Assembly (NCBI GenBank): GCA_014729775.1
Contig: WJJJ01000011.1
Span: 4,606 to 68,605, forward strand
Length of the DNA stretch: 64,000 nucleotides
From: Candidatus Omnitrophota bacterium
GTDB taxonomy: Bacteria > Omnitrophota > Gorgyraeia > Duberdicusellales > 4484-171
Reading direction: 5' to 3'
The stretch's first letter is position 1. The number at the start of each line of letters is the position of its first letter. Both the position numbers and the translations under genes were made by a program. The notes under the pieces were generated by a model. The model saw nothing but the letters and a program-made list of their open reading frames with translations. It was not told the origin of the DNA and ran no database searches. This document shows, piece by piece, positions 41,465-52,016 of this stretch.

Positions 41465-42832
41465 ATGATCTACAATTCCGTTCATGAAATTTTTGCGTCG
41501 GGGATCATCCAACCGGAAGGCGACAGGATCACCGTCCACGATCAGGAATCGTTCCGGGCGCGTATGCTGGATAACCTTGTCGACACGATCATCCTGAGTT
41601 CCTCGGAAGAACTCAAACGCACCTGTTATTGGATCACTTACCAAAGCGCCTGGCAAATGGAAGTGATTCCCTCATCCATGGAATCTTTGTACCGCGCCCG
41701 GGGGAAAAACGAAATCGAAGGTTTTACCGTGCCGGCAATGAATTTGCGTACGCTGACCTACGACCTGGCACGTGTGATCTTTCGGGCCGCAAAAAAGACG
41801 AATGCCGGAGCCTTTATTTTTGAAATCGCGCAGAGTGAGATCGGCTACACCAATCAGCCGCCGCTTGAATATGCCGCAATGATTCTCCTTGCGGCGCTGA
41901 AAGAATCCTACCGGGGACCAATATTTCTGCAAGGAGATCATTTTCAGATAGAATTCGAAAAATACCGTCAACACAGAGAAGAGGAAAGCAACCGACTTCA
42001 CACGCTCATCGAAGAAGCGGTTGCCTGCGGGTTTTATCAGATCGACCTCGACGCTTCGCCGCTCGTTGACCTGAGCGTTGCCGATATTTCTTGCCAGCAG
42101 CGGGAAAATGCCCGCCTTACCGCCCAGCTGTGCCGGTTCGTGCGGCGCATCCAGCCGCCCCGGATCAATATTCTGCTCGGAGGAGAAGTCGGCGAAGTGG
42201 GAGGACAAAACACCACTCCCCGGGAACTGCGCGCATTTATGGATCAATTCTGCAAAACTGTTGATCCGCTGGACGGTCTTTCCAAAATTAGCATTCAAAC
42301 CGGCACTACCCACGGAGGGGTTATTCTTCCCGACGGGTCCATCGCAAAAGTAAACATTGATTTCAATACCCTGCGCCGTCTTTCCGACATTGCCCGCTCT
42401 GAATACGGCATGGCCGGAGCGGTTCAGCACGGTGCATCTACTCTGCCCAACGAAGCATTCCATCGCTTTCCTGAAGCCGGATGCGCAGAGATCCATCTTG
42501 CCACCCAGTTCCAAAACGTGGTATATGATTATCTTCCGTTATCGTTAAAGGAACAGATATATGCCTGGCTGAATCAGCACTGCGCCTGCGAACGCCACCC
42601 CGAGTGGACGGACGATCAGTTTATCTATCGTACCCGAAAAAAAGCGCTGGGTCCGTTTAAACGGCAAATTCACTCGTTAACGAGAGATACCAAAGAACGA
42701 ATCGCCTCGAATTTGGAAAGCGAATTTCTTTTCCTGTTTTCTCAATTAAAAATCAACGACACGTTTCCGCTTGTCAAGAAATACGTCAATACGGTACCCG
42801 TGGATTTTAAAAAAGAATCTTTCTTTCGGTAA
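41465..42832 (+). CDS. Class II fructose-/ketose-bisphosphate aldolase family protein (long form)
   Basis: 455 aa whose motifs align to F_bP_aldolase (LQGDHFQ like LHLDHG; IDLDAS; GGEVGEVGGQ; GTTHGGV; VQHGAS). It lies adjacent to pfk. Confidence 0.6.
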   Translation: MIYNSVHEIFASGIIQPEGDRITVHDQESFRARMLDNLVDTIILSSSEELKRTCYWITYQSAWQMEVIPSSMESLYRARGKNEIEGFTVPAMNLRTLTYDLARVIFRAAKKTNAGAFIFEIAQSEIGYTNQPPLEYAAMILLAALKESYRGPIFLQGDHFQIEFEKYRQHREEESNRLHTLIEEAVACGFYQIDLDASPLVDLSVADISCQQRENARLTAQLCRFVRRIQPPRINILLGGEVGEVGGQNTTPRELRAFMDQFCKTVDPLDGLSKISIQTGTTHGGVILPDGSIAKVNIDFNTLRRLSDIARSEYGMAGAVQHGASTLPNEAFHRFPEAGCAEIHLATQFQNVVYDYLPLSLKEQIYAWLNQHCACERHPEWTDDQFIYRTRKKALGPFKRQIHSLTRDTKERIASNLESEFLFLFSQLKINDTFPLVKKYVNTVPVDFKKESFFR

Positions 42833-42866
42833 TCAGCACAACTACCCGTAAAAAAGGAGGATCAAT

Positions 42867-44555
42867 ATGCGTTCAGATAAGACAAAGCAGGGCGTGGAGC
42901 GAATGCCGAACCGGGCCCTCCTGTATGGTACGGGACTGCATCCGACGCACATCTGGCGTCCGTTCATCGGCATCGCAACTTCGTTTACCGACTTAATTCC
43001 GGGACATATCCATATGCGGAGCCTGGAAAGGTATATCGAACGGGGAATCGAGAATAAAAACGGCACCCCGTTTTTATTCGGCGTTCCCGGCATCTGTGAC
43101 GGCATCGCGATGGGACATCTCGGCATGCGATATTCGCTCCCTTCCAGAGAATTAATCGCCGATATCATCGAAACAGTCGCCAACGCCCATTCGCTCGACG
43201 GCCTCATCCTGCTCACCAATTGCGATAAAATCACGCCGGGGATGATTATGGGCGCGCTGCGGGTCAACATTCCCACGGTCGTCGTGACGGCAGGTCCCAT
43301 GCTGTCCGGACACGTCGGCGCAAAAAGGCTCTCCCTCGTGCGCGATACGTTCGAAGCGGTCGGACGGTTTAAGGCCGGGGAGATGGATGAAGAAGAACGC
43401 CGTCGCTATGAAATCGAAGCCTGTCCGTCCTGCGGCTCCTGCCAGGGACTGTATACCGCAAACACCATGGCCTGTCTGACGGAAGCAATGGGGTTCTCCC
43501 TTCCCAATTGCGCCACCGCTCCGGCAGTGTTGAACAAAAAAATGAGAATCGCCTATGAAAGCGGCCAACGGTGCGTACAGCTCGTCAAGGAGCAGTGCCT
43601 CCCCCGGGATATCGTCACGAAAGACGCGCTTCTGAATGCCGTCCGCGTTGATATGGCCCTGGGAGGATCGACGAATACCGTTCTTCACCTGATGGCGATC
43701 GCGCACGAAGCCCGGGTACCCATGAATCTGAAGGAATTCGATACCGTGAGTAAATCCACTCCGCATATCTCGAATCTGCGCCCCGGCGGTGACTTCTTTA
43801 TGGAAGATTTAGATCAGGCCGGTGGTATCCCTGCCGTACTGAAAAGACTCAAGGAAGGGAAAAATCTTTCCGAGGCACAAACGGTATCAGGAAAACGCAC
43901 CTATGAAATCGCCGACGACGCCCGCGTGACGCGGGATGAAGTGATCCGTTCCTGTGCTCAACCGTATCATTCCGAAGGAGGGATCGCGATTCTGTACGGG
44001 AATATCGCCCCGGACGGCGCGGTGATTAAGCAATCCGCGGTCGAACCCGGCATGCGCGTATTCACCGGCACTGCACGGGTATTCGACTCCGAGGAACTGG
44101 CCATGGAAAGTATCCTGGACGGGAAAATTAAAAAGGGTGAAGTCGTGGTCATTCGATACGAAGGCCCGAGCGGCGGTCCGGGAATGCGCGAAATGCTCTC
44201 TCCCACCAGCGCGATCGTAGGAATGGGACTCCACACGGACGTGGCATTGATTACCGACGGAAGATTCTCCGGCGGCACGCGCGGTCCCTGCATCGGCCAC
44301 ATTTCACCCGAAGCCCGGCAGGGTGGACTGCTCGCCTATTTGCACGACGGCGACACCATCCACATCAATATCGACACCCGTACGCTGGAAGCGGAACTCT
44401 CGGAAAAGGAAATTCAGGAGCGTAAAGAAAAAGAAAAGTTGATCGGCGAAAAAGTGCAAACCGGATACCTCGCGCGTTATGCCGCCCAGGTTACTTCGGC
44501 TTCAACCGGCGCCGTGTTCCGCCGACCGGGCGGTTCAGAAACCGAAAAATGTTGA
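42867..44555 (+). CDS. ilvD: Dihydroxy-acid dehydratase
   Basis: 562 aa with CDKITPGM, the CPSCGSCQG Fe-S Cys cluster and a C-terminal SGG region. Confidence 0.9.
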   Translation: MRSDKTKQGVERMPNRALLYGTGLHPTHIWRPFIGIATSFTDLIPGHIHMRSLERYIERGIENKNGTPFLFGVPGICDGIAMGHLGMRYSLPSRELIADIIETVANAHSLDGLILLTNCDKITPGMIMGALRVNIPTVVVTAGPMLSGHVGAKRLSLVRDTFEAVGRFKAGEMDEEERRRYEIEACPSCGSCQGLYTANTMACLTEAMGFSLPNCATAPAVLNKKMRIAYESGQRCVQLVKEQCLPRDIVTKDALLNAVRVDMALGGSTNTVLHLMAIAHEARVPMNLKEFDTVSKSTPHISNLRPGGDFFMEDLDQAGGIPAVLKRLKEGKNLSEAQTVSGKRTYEIADDARVTRDEVIRSCAQPYHSEGGIAILYGNIAPDGAVIKQSAVEPGMRVFTGTARVFDSEELAMESILDGKIKKGEVVVIRYEGPSGGPGMREMLSPTSAIVGMGLHTDVALITDGRFSGGTRGPCIGHISPEARQGGLLAYLHDGDTIHINIDTRTLEAELSEKEIQERKEKEKLIGEKVQTGYLARYAAQVTSASTGAVFRRPGGSETEKC

Positions 44556-44580
44556 CACGGGAAAAAATAGGTGCTATGAT
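44552..44580 (+). promoter_or_regulatory. Sigma70-like promoter (TTGACA-17-TATGAT) for mreB, embedded in the ilvD 3' end
   Basis: A consensus -35 TTGACA lies at 44552-44557 and a -10 TATGAT at 44575-44580, with an exact 17-nt spacer, about 22 nt upstream of the mreB ATG. Confidence 0.45.
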
Positions 44581-44602
44581 TTTTTAAACCTTTTGAATAA
44601 GG

Positions 44603-45664
44603 ATGAAAAATTTTACCGTAATTTCGCGAGGAATAAGCAATCTGCTGGGCGCCTTCTCCAACGATATCGGAATCGATTTAGGGACGGCAACCACGCTGGT
44701 CTATCTGCGTGGAGAAGGCATTGTCCTGTGTGAACCCTCCGTCGTCGCTATTTACAAAAATACCGGCACTGCCTTAGCCGTCGGCGAAGAAGCAAAGCGA
44801 ATGCTCGGGAAAACGCCGGGCAGCATCACGGCAATCCGTCCGATGAAAGACGGGGTAATCGCCGATTTCGATATTACCGAAACGATGTTGCGCCATTTCA
44901 TCGATAAAGTACATCCGCGCCGCTTCTTCATCAATAACCCTCGAATCGTGGTCGCGGTTCCCTCGGGAATTACCGAAGTCGAAAAACGGGCGGTAAAGGA
45001 TTCCGCGCTGCGCGCCGGCGCCCGGGACGTGTTCCCGGTGGAAGAACCGATCGCCGCGGCCATCGGCGTAGGCCTGCCGATCGCGGAACCGCAGGGCAGC
45101 ATGATTATCGACATCGGAGGAGGAACGACCGAGATCGCGGTAATCTCCCTGGGCGGGATCGTATTCGCCCGGTCGATCCGGGTCGGCGGCGATGAAATGG
45201 ATGACGCGATTCTGGAACACATGAAAAAAAATTACAATTTAATGATCGGCGAACGCACCGCCGAAGAAATAAAAATAAAAGTCGGTTCGGCCTGGCCGTT
45301 GAAAGAGGAGCTGACCATCGAAGTGCGCGGCAGAGATCTGATCACCGGGTTGCCTAAATTCATACGGATCAGTTCCGAAGAAATTAGAGAAGCGCTTCAA
45401 TCTCCCCTGAAAGAAATAGTCGAAGCGACTAAAGTAACTCTTGAACGGACTCCCCCTGAACTCGCGGCGGATCTTATCGAACGCGGCATCGTTCTCTGCG
45501 GCGGCGGTTCGCTCTTGCGCGGTTTAGATAAACTGATCGCGGAGGAAACCGGCCTGGCCTGTTTCGTCGCGGACGATCCCCTCACCGCAGTCGCGCTCGG
45601 CACGGGAAAAATATTGGAAGAGCCGAAATTCCTGAAGAAGATTTCCCTTGTATCGACCTTCTAA
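44603..45664 (+). CDS. mreB: Rod shape-determining protein MreB
   Basis: 353 aa with the actin-like ATPase motifs [19 protein letters not shown] and [11 protein letters not shown]. Confidence 0.95.
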   Translation: MKNFTVISRGISNLLGAFSNDIGIDLGTATTLVYLRGEGIVLCEPSVVAIYKNTGTALAVGEEAKRMLGKTPGSITAIRPMKDGVIADFDITETMLRHFIDKVHPRRFFINNPRIVVAVPSGITEVEKRAVKDSALRAGARDVFPVEEPIAAAIGVGLPIAEPQGSMIIDIGGGTTEIAVISLGGIVFARSIRVGGDEMDDAILEHMKKNYNLMIGERTAEEIKIKVGSAWPLKEELTIEVRGRDLITGLPKFIRISSEEIREALQSPLKEIVEATKVTLERTPPELAADLIERGIVLCGGGSLLRGLDKLIAEETGLACFVADDPLTAVALGTGKILEEPKFLKKISLVSTF

Positions 45665-46373
45665 GCTCACCTCAAAAACGATCGGATTAATTGTTCTGCT
45701 TGCCTTCTTTCTGCTGGTGCCGTTCAAGGAGGCAATACAGGATATTTTTGTCTTTTTCTCGAAGCAAATCGTGGTCAGTCCGCAGGGCTACCGGAGAAAA
45801 CTCCGGGAGAAAGAGAAAGAAAACCTTCTTCTTTCGTTGAAAGTGAGAGAACTGGCATATCTCAAAGAAGAAAATCAAAAACTGCGTCAGGCACTTGAGT
45901 TCAAACGCCACAAAGACATCCAGCTCGTGGAAGCGGAAATCGTCTACTTCGATCCCTCGACCTGGAGGCGGCTGGTCACGATCAACGCGGGAAAAGATAA
46001 AAAGATTAAAGAAGGAGCGTTCGTCATAGATGCCCAGGGATGGATCATCGGAAAAATCGTACATGTGAAAGAAACGCACTCCAATCTTATGCTCGTCGAC
46101 GACCCTGATTTTACCCTTCCGGTATTCGTCGGTGAAAATTCATTCGGCCTTCTTCAGGGCAGTCTTGAAGGAGCGCAAGTCCGGTATATCGAAAAAGAGG
46201 AGGCCGTCGAACCCCGGCAAAAAATATGGATTCAGATTCCCGAATTTAACGCGCCGTTATATATCGGCGAGGTCAGTTACGCCCATAAAGATCCCAATTC
46301 GCTTTTCTGGGACATTCGTATCCATATATATTCAGCCAATCCTTTTTTACACACGATTTTCGTGATCCAGTAA
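45648..46373 (+). CDS. mreC: Rod shape-determining protein MreC
   Basis: 241 aa with an N-terminal TM, a coiled coil ([11 protein letters not shown]) and a beta-rich C-domain. It sits in the canonical position after mreB. Confidence 0.8.
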   Translation: MYRPSKLTSKTIGLIVLLAFFLLVPFKEAIQDIFVFFSKQIVVSPQGYRRKLREKEKENLLLSLKVRELAYLKEENQKLRQALEFKRHKDIQLVEAEIVYFDPSTWRRLVTINAGKDKKIKEGAFVIDAQGWIIGKIVHVKETHSNLMLVDDPDFTLPVFVGENSFGLLQGSLEGAQVRYIEKEEAVEPRQKIWIQIPEFNAPLYIGEVSYAHKDPNSLFWDIRIHIYSANPFLHTIFVIQ

Positions 46374-46844
46374 ATGAAACAATTAAACCTTAAAATATTC
46401 ACGATTCTGGTTATCTTTTTTTTGATCGATCTCATCCGTCCCTTGAATTATTCCCTGCAGACCGAATTTCTGTTTATCGGCATATTGTTTCTTTGCATTT
46501 TTTTTCCTCTTTCCGTGGCCGTACCACAGGTGCTTTTTTTCGGATACGCAAAAGACGTCCTGTCGATCCATGAAATTCCGCTGAACTTAATTGAGTTCTT
46601 CGTTTTGGCGCTTCTGATCAGGCAGATCGTGGCCAAATTCAATCCGATCGCGGCCAGGATTCTCGTACTCGTCTGCGCGGCGGGAGCGCACATCCTGTTC
46701 CGCGCCGTATTATTCGGGCATCAGCCTCTGCGGTTCTACGCGTTTTTCTTCATGCATACGGCGCTTTTGTATCTTTGCACAGAATACTGGTTAAAAAGAT
46801 GGATTCACGCTTACTCCGTAAAATCTTCCTCACCGGTTTCCTGA
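46374..46844 (+). CDS. mreD: Rod shape-determining protein MreD
   Basis: 156-aa polytopic membrane protein in the canonical position between mreC and mrdA. Confidence 0.6.
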   Translation: MKQLNLKIFTILVIFFLIDLIRPLNYSLQTEFLFIGILFLCIFFPLSVAVPQVLFFGYAKDVLSIHEIPLNLIEFFVLALLIRQIVAKFNPIAARILVLVCAAGAHILFRAVLFGHQPLRFYAFFFMHTALLYLCTEYWLKRWIHAYSVKSSSPVS

Positions 46845-48514
46845 TTATTTTTTTCTCTCTCTTTTATTATCAGGTACTGAAGGGGGAATACTATCTCGAA
46901 CGCGCAAAGAACAACTATGTCAGGGTGATCCCCACCTTTTCCATCCGGGGAGAAATCTATGACCGCAACGGGATCGCTTTAGCATACGACCGCCCTTCCT
47001 TTCAAATTTCGGTTATTCCCTACCAGATCGATCAAAAAAAGGAAATGCTGTTCACGGAAATCGCCGAGAGGCTCGGTCTGGATCCCCAAAAGATCATGCG
47101 CGCCTACAAAAAAAACCGGATGAACATGTTCACGCCTGTGAAAATCATTCCGGATATCGAAAAGTTTGAAGCCGTTCAGCTCAAAAACGAATTCAGTGAA
47201 GATATCATGATTACTCCCCAGCCGCAGCGTTTTTACCCCTATCAAGCCGCGGCTGCTCATCTGCTCGGATACGTCAAAAAGGCATCCTCTTTTTATGAAA
47301 CCCTGAAACGCTACGGGTACACCCCTTTGGAACGCGCCGGATTCAAAGGGATCGAACAATACTACGACACCTATCTTAAGGGGCAGGACGGCGGTGACCT
47401 CATTGAAGTCAACGCGAAAGGAAGAATGGTCGGTTTCCTCGGAGAACGCAAACCGGAGCGGGGAAAATCAATTACGCTCACGATCGATGCCCACATCCAG
47501 CAGGCAGCATATGATGCGCTTGAAGGAAAAACCGGCACCCTTCTCTTTATGGAAGCGGACTCAGGAAAAATGCTGGCTCTGGTATCCCGTCCCGCGTTTG
47601 ATCCCCACGCTTTTATCACCGGAGAAGGTCTGGGGAGTATTATGAAAAACGAAAAAAAACCGCTGCTCAACCGAACCGTACAGGCAACCTACCCGCTGGG
47701 TTCCACGTTCAAGCCGATCGTCGGTTATGCAGGTCTTGCCGAAAAAAAAATCCGTCCCGGAACTACTTTCCGCTGCGACGGAGTGTTCAAAGTGGGGATC
47801 GCGCGCTTCCGCTGCTGGTCGCGTCACGGAACGCAGGATTTATATGAGGCCTTGGCCCATTCCTGCAACGTGTATTTTTACAACCTCGGTCTCCTCCTGG
47901 GAGGGGAGAAGATTGCCCGCTGGGCGAAAGCATTCGGATTGGACTCCCGTACCCATATCGATCTGCCGCATGAAAAAAAAGGAACGGTTCCCGGGCCGCA
48001 GTGGAAGGCGAGAACTCTTCACTCAACCTGGTACAAAGGTGATACCGTAAACTACTCGATCGGCCAGGGATATTTCGAAGCGACCCCTCTTCAGGTACTC
48101 GTGGCGACCAATGTCTTCGCGACGGGAGGTTACCTGGTCCGGCCCCATTTACTCCACAAAGTGGAAGATGAAATATCCGGCGCGGACAAAAGAGAATATC
48201 TGCGGCTGAATCCCGATCACCTGGAAACGATCGTTGAAGGAATGCGGCAGGTAGTCACCGCAGAAGAAGGAACCGCGCGTCAGCTCCGGTCTCTGCATAT
48301 CGGAATGTGCGGCAAAACGGGAACGGCGCAGACCAGCGGACCTAATCACGGCTGGTTTGTCGGGTTCTTCCCGTATCAACGGCCGCATTACACGATATGC
48401 GTATTCCTGGAACACGGCGAATCGAGCTATGAAGCAGTGAAAGTATCCTACAGGTTTCTCAAGATTCTCCAGGAAAAAAACCTGTTCTCTCAAAGGGAGG
48501 CACCGGCGTTATGA
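46775..48514 (+). CDS. mrdA: Penicillin-binding protein 2 (elongasome transpeptidase)
   Basis: Has an N-terminal TM, a dimerisation domain, and the transpeptidase motifs STFK, SCN and KTGTA. An alternative start at ATG 46799 (MDSRLLRK) is possible. Confidence 0.9.
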   Translation: MHRILVKKMDSRLLRKIFLTGFLIIFFSLFYYQVLKGEYYLERAKNNYVRVIPTFSIRGEIYDRNGIALAYDRPSFQISVIPYQIDQKKEMLFTEIAERLGLDPQKIMRAYKKNRMNMFTPVKIIPDIEKFEAVQLKNEFSEDIMITPQPQRFYPYQAAAAHLLGYVKKASSFYETLKRYGYTPLERAGFKGIEQYYDTYLKGQDGGDLIEVNAKGRMVGFLGERKPERGKSITLTIDAHIQQAAYDALEGKTGTLLFMEADSGKMLALVSRPAFDPHAFITGEGLGSIMKNEKKPLLNRTVQATYPLGSTFKPIVGYAGLAEKKIRPGTTFRCDGVFKVGIARFRCWSRHGTQDLYEALAHSCNVYFYNLGLLLGGEKIARWAKAFGLDSRTHIDLPHEKKGTVPGPQWKARTLHSTWYKGDTVNYSIGQGYFEATPLQVLVATNVFATGGYLVRPHLLHKVEDEISGADKREYLRLNPDHLETIVEGMRQVVTAEEGTARQLRSLHIGMCGKTGTAQTSGPNHGWFVGFFPYQRPHYTICVFLEHGESSYEAVKVSYRFLKILQEKNLFSQREAPAL

Positions 48515-49605
48515 TCTTTGCGCTCCCCCGCATTCGCTGGACCCCCCTGAAAATGCTCTGTCTGTGTCTGCTGTTTCTCAATATCGTCGGACTCCTGTCT
48601 TTGTTCAGCAGTCTGCACCAGGGCGGGGAATTCCGCGGTCATGAAGTTTTCCTGAAACAGATAAGCTGGCTGGCGATTTCATGGGGACTGCTCGTCCTTT
48701 TTTCCTTTATTAACTACCGTATTTACCACGATTTCGCCTTTATCCTTTACCTTTTGAACATCGCTTTGCTGATTACCGTAATCGTAGCCGGGAAAAAAGC
48801 GATGGGCGCACAGAGATGGCTTTCGGTCGGAGGTATCACCTTTCAACCTTCCGAACTGGCGAAAGCGGTAACCATACTTCTTTTGGCCCGCTGTTTTACC
48901 GCTGCCAAACATTCGGTATTCAGCCGCAGCTTTCTGTTTCCTCTCGGTCTTGTCGCTCTCAACGCTCTGCTCATTTTCAAACAGCCGGATTTGGGAACGG
49001 CGCTGATTCTTCTTTTGCTGTTTTTACTCATGGGGTTCGCTTCTCCTGTAAAGAAAAAATACTTCATCATCTTACTGCTGATAGGCCTGCTCAGCGTGCC
49101 GTTCGCCTGGGGCATGCTCAAGGATTATCAGCAAAAACGTCTCATCGTATTTCTTGATCCCAACGTTGACCCCTTAGGCGCCGGCTATACCATAATCCAG
49201 TCCAAGGTCGCGATCGGATCCGGCCAGTTCACCGGAAAAGGATTCCTTTCCGGAACGCAGAACCAATTTAATTTTCTCCCGGAACGCCACACAGATTTCA
49301 TCTTTACGGTAGTCGCAGAGGAATGGGGCTTTCTCGGAGCGCTTCTGCTTCTGTTCGTATACTGGCTCATTCTCAGGAAGCTCCTCGAAATCGCTCACAC
49401 CACCAAGGATCCATACGCGTATATGGTTGTGGCAGGAATCGCTTCTCTGTTTTTTTTACACGTATTCATCAATATCGGCATGACCTGCGGTATTCTCCCG
49501 GTCGTCGGGCTCCCGCTGTTTTTCATGAGCTACGGGGGATCCCACTTAGTGGTGAGCAGCATCCTGACCGGCATCGCGTTCAACATCTGGCGAAGGACAT
49601 CCTGA
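48511..49605 (+). CDS. rodA: Peptidoglycan glycosyltransferase RodA (SEDS family)
   Basis: 364 aa with 10 TM helices and SEDS motifs (QPSELAK, DFIF, GGSHLV), directly downstream of mrdA. Confidence 0.9.
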   Translation: MIFALPRIRWTPLKMLCLCLLFLNIVGLLSLFSSLHQGGEFRGHEVFLKQISWLAISWGLLVLFSFINYRIYHDFAFILYLLNIALLITVIVAGKKAMGAQRWLSVGGITFQPSELAKAVTILLLARCFTAAKHSVFSRSFLFPLGLVALNALLIFKQPDLGTALILLLLFLLMGFASPVKKKYFIILLLIGLLSVPFAWGMLKDYQQKRLIVFLDPNVDPLGAGYTIIQSKVAIGSGQFTGKGFLSGTQNQFNFLPERHTDFIFTVVAEEWGFLGALLLLFVYWLILRKLLEIAHTTKDPYAYMVVAGIASLFFLHVFINIGMTCGILPVVGLPLFFMSYGGSHLVVSSILTGIAFNIWRRTS

Positions 49606-49608
49606 CCC

Positions 49609-51261
49609 ATGGATTACAGTCAATTTCAGCATCCTCAACGGTATGTCGGGAATGAATGGAACGCGATCAGAAAATCACACACAGGTAAAATTCCCATCTG
49701 CATCGGCTACCCTCATCTTTACGAAATCGGAATGAGCAACGTGGGGCTGAGGATTATTTACGGCATGCTGAATCAATACCGGGACATCGTCTGCGAACGG
49801 GTTTTCCTCCCCGGACACGACTACGCGCATTATCTTAAAACCCAGAGGAAAAAACTTTGTTCGCTGGAGACAAAACTTCCTTTGGACCAGTTTCAGGTTA
49901 TCGGCCTCAACCTGAACAGTGAATTGAACTATCCCAACGTGCTCGAATTGCTCTCTCTGGGAAACATACCTCTGTTCAGCCGGGAACGGAAGGACATCAT
50001 CGTGACAGGAGGAGGAATCGCGAATCCCGAACCGCTCGCCGGCTTTATCGACGTGTTCTTCATGGGAGAATTCGAAGCCGGCGCGGAAGATTTTTTACGC
50101 ACCCTCCGCGCCTCTCCCCGCAAACAGGACAGACTGCGCGCGCTGGCGGAACTCCCCGGATTCTATATTCCGCAACATTATTCTTCCGTATTCACCGGTA
50201 CCGGATACCGGACGGAAAAAAAATATCCTTTCGCCCGTCTTCCCGTAGGAAAAAGAATAGTGACCGACTTAAACAGCAGTTATTATCCCCGGAAATGGCT
50301 GGTACCCCATACTTCAATCGTGCACGACCGCGCCCAGATAGAAATATCGCGCGGGTGCCCCAATCACTGCACTTTTTGCCAGGCTCGCACGGTGTACTCG
50401 CCGTATCGCGAACGATCGGCCGAAAAAGTGCTTTCACTGCTCGAAGAAATATACCGTCACAGCGGGTACGAAAATTTTTCTTTTTTGTCGCTTTCCGCGT
50501 CGGACCATTCCTCGATCGAAGAATTAATCGACCGGGCGCATTCCTTTTGCCGGACTCGGAGAATAGGACTCGCCCTGCCGTCGCTGCGGATAGGCGATGT
50601 GATCGGACGGCTTTATAAAAAACTGAGCGCGCTGAAAAAAGTTTCACTCACGGTCGCGGTCGAAGCGGCAAGCGCTCAGCTCCGTCAGCGCATGAATAAA
50701 CATATCGAAATAGAATCTTTGTTCGAGGCGGTTGATGCGCTGAAATCGCTGAAGATCCGTCATGTAAAAGCCTACTTCATGTTGGGAATCCCCGGGGAAA
50801 CCGACGATGATATCCGTTCCATCGGACGCCTCATCCATGAACTCAAACGCCGTGCGGGACTCCAGGTAAACGCGAGCGTGAACATCTTTATTCCCAAACC
50901 GTTTACCGGCTGGGAAGCGCTGCCGATGCCTGAAGAACGCATTCTTCAGGAAAAAAGAGAGATCCTTTTTCAGTCCTCACGAGGGAAAAAAACAAAATTG
51001 TCCGTGTCTCCGCTCAAACGGAGTCTCCGGGAAGCGATTCTTTCCCGGGGCGACCGCACTCTGGACGCGGTAATACACCGGGTCTGGCGCACAGGAGGAA
51101 TTGAAGGATATCCCGGCGGGAATGCCTGGGATCACTGGGAATCCGCGCTGAGAGAAGAAAAAATCGACACGCACCGGATCCTCCACCGCTCACTGGACGC
51201 ATATCCCTGGTCGTTTCTTACCCCGGAAGCACCCCGTAACCAGGACAGGTGTCATGAATAA
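49609..51261 (+). CDS. B12-binding-domain/radical SAM protein (TIGR03960-like)
   Basis: 550 aa with an N-terminal B12-like region and an rSAM cluster CPNHCTFCQ. It is paired with a DUF2344-like gene downstream. Confidence 0.6.
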   Translation: MDYSQFQHPQRYVGNEWNAIRKSHTGKIPICIGYPHLYEIGMSNVGLRIIYGMLNQYRDIVCERVFLPGHDYAHYLKTQRKKLCSLETKLPLDQFQVIGLNLNSELNYPNVLELLSLGNIPLFSRERKDIIVTGGGIANPEPLAGFIDVFFMGEFEAGAEDFLRTLRASPRKQDRLRALAELPGFYIPQHYSSVFTGTGYRTEKKYPFARLPVGKRIVTDLNSSYYPRKWLVPHTSIVHDRAQIEISRGCPNHCTFCQARTVYSPYRERSAEKVLSLLEEIYRHSGYENFSFLSLSASDHSSIEELIDRAHSFCRTRRIGLALPSLRIGDVIGRLYKKLSALKKVSLTVAVEAASAQLRQRMNKHIEIESLFEAVDALKSLKIRHVKAYFMLGIPGETDDDIRSIGRLIHELKRRAGLQVNASVNIFIPKPFTGWEALPMPEERILQEKREILFQSSRGKKTKLSVSPLKRSLREAILSRGDRTLDAVIHRVWRTGGIEGYPGGNAWDHWESALREEKIDTHRILHRSLDAYPWSFLTPEAPRNQDRCHE

Positions 51262-51568
51262 ACGGTATGCGATCCCGACTGTCCTGATCAAACGCGGCCC
51301 GATGAGATTTTTTTCTCAAATAGATCTGACCCGGGTGATAGAACGGGCGATACGGCGCAGCGAGCTTCCCGTGTACTACACGCAGGGATTTACTCCGCGG
51401 ATAAAAATGAGTTTTTACGGCGCTCTCAAGGTCGGAGCGGAAGGACGGATTCCCTTAAAACTCTATTTCATCGAAAGGATCGATACCGGCGAGATCTGCG
51501 CGCGTCTCCAGCCTCAGCTTCCCGCCGGACTTACTATTCTCCCTGATTCCGGCGACACTCGCGGCTGA
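51254..51568 (+). CDS. DUF2344/TIGR03936-like 'radical SAM-linked' protein (short, possibly truncated)
   Basis: 104 aa matching only the N-terminal part of the family (RFFSQIDLTRVIERAIRRSELPVYYTQGFTPRIKMSF). Family members are usually about twice as long. Confidence 0.45.
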   Translation: MNKRYAIPTVLIKRGPMRFFSQIDLTRVIERAIRRSELPVYYTQGFTPRIKMSFYGALKVGAEGRIPLKLYFIERIDTGEICARLQPQLPAGLTILPDSGDTRG

Positions 51569-51656
51569 GGCCCCGGCGGATTTTTTCCCGGAGGGGCCCG
51601 CACCAGCCTGGGGGACGGGTCCGACACGGCTTTTTTGCGGATTTCCGCGGATGGAT

Positions 51657-52016
51657 TTATCGGGTGAGAAAGCGCGATTTCATTCGTTTCGCGCCGAAAT
51701 ACTCTTTGGTGTATTTCTTCGCTACATGGGGGTCGAACTTTTTACAGGAAAAAATATTCAGATACGCTTTTTTCCAGTAATCGGAGAAATGTCCGGTGAT
51801 AGAACTGGTCTCGATAAGCTGCACCAGTGAATATCCTTTCGTATATTGCGCTTTCTCGCCGAAATAGGGGAGGAGAAGTCTTCCGAATTTCTTCATTTTA
51901 ATCAGTTCGCAGAGGGTATCAACATAGATTTTCAGCTTGCGTTTGGAAGTGATCACTTCAAGATCACATTCGGAAAGGTCAATGATAAGTTCATATCCGT
52001 AAATTTTTTCACTCAT
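51657..52016 (-). CDS. Divergent S-adenosylmethionine-decarboxylase-like (pyruvoyl-enzyme) paralog
   Basis: 119 aa that aligns to SpeH (GYSLVQLIETSSITGHFSDYW...IFSC against [20 protein letters not shown]...VYTC). The processing Ser is retained but Glu-Ser is replaced by Thr-Ser. Confidence 0.5.
   Translation of the reverse strand: MSEKIYGYELIIDLSECDLEVITSKRKLKIYVDTLCELIKMKKFGRLLLPYFGEKAQYTKGYSLVQLIETSSITGHFSDYWKKAYLNIFSCKKFDPHVAKKYTKEYFGAKRMKSRFLTR

Noticed and set aside
41672-42514. 280-aa minus-strand ORF antisense to the class II aldolase
   Set aside because: It is a shadow ORF. The + strand product carries the aldolase family motifs.
51569-51656. Possible bidirectional Rho-independent terminator between the convergent DUF2344 and speH-like genes
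   Set aside because: The GC-rich stems (GGCCCC...GGGGCC; GCGGA-TTT-CCGC) are imperfect and are not followed by a clean U-tract on either strand. I cannot support a confident call.
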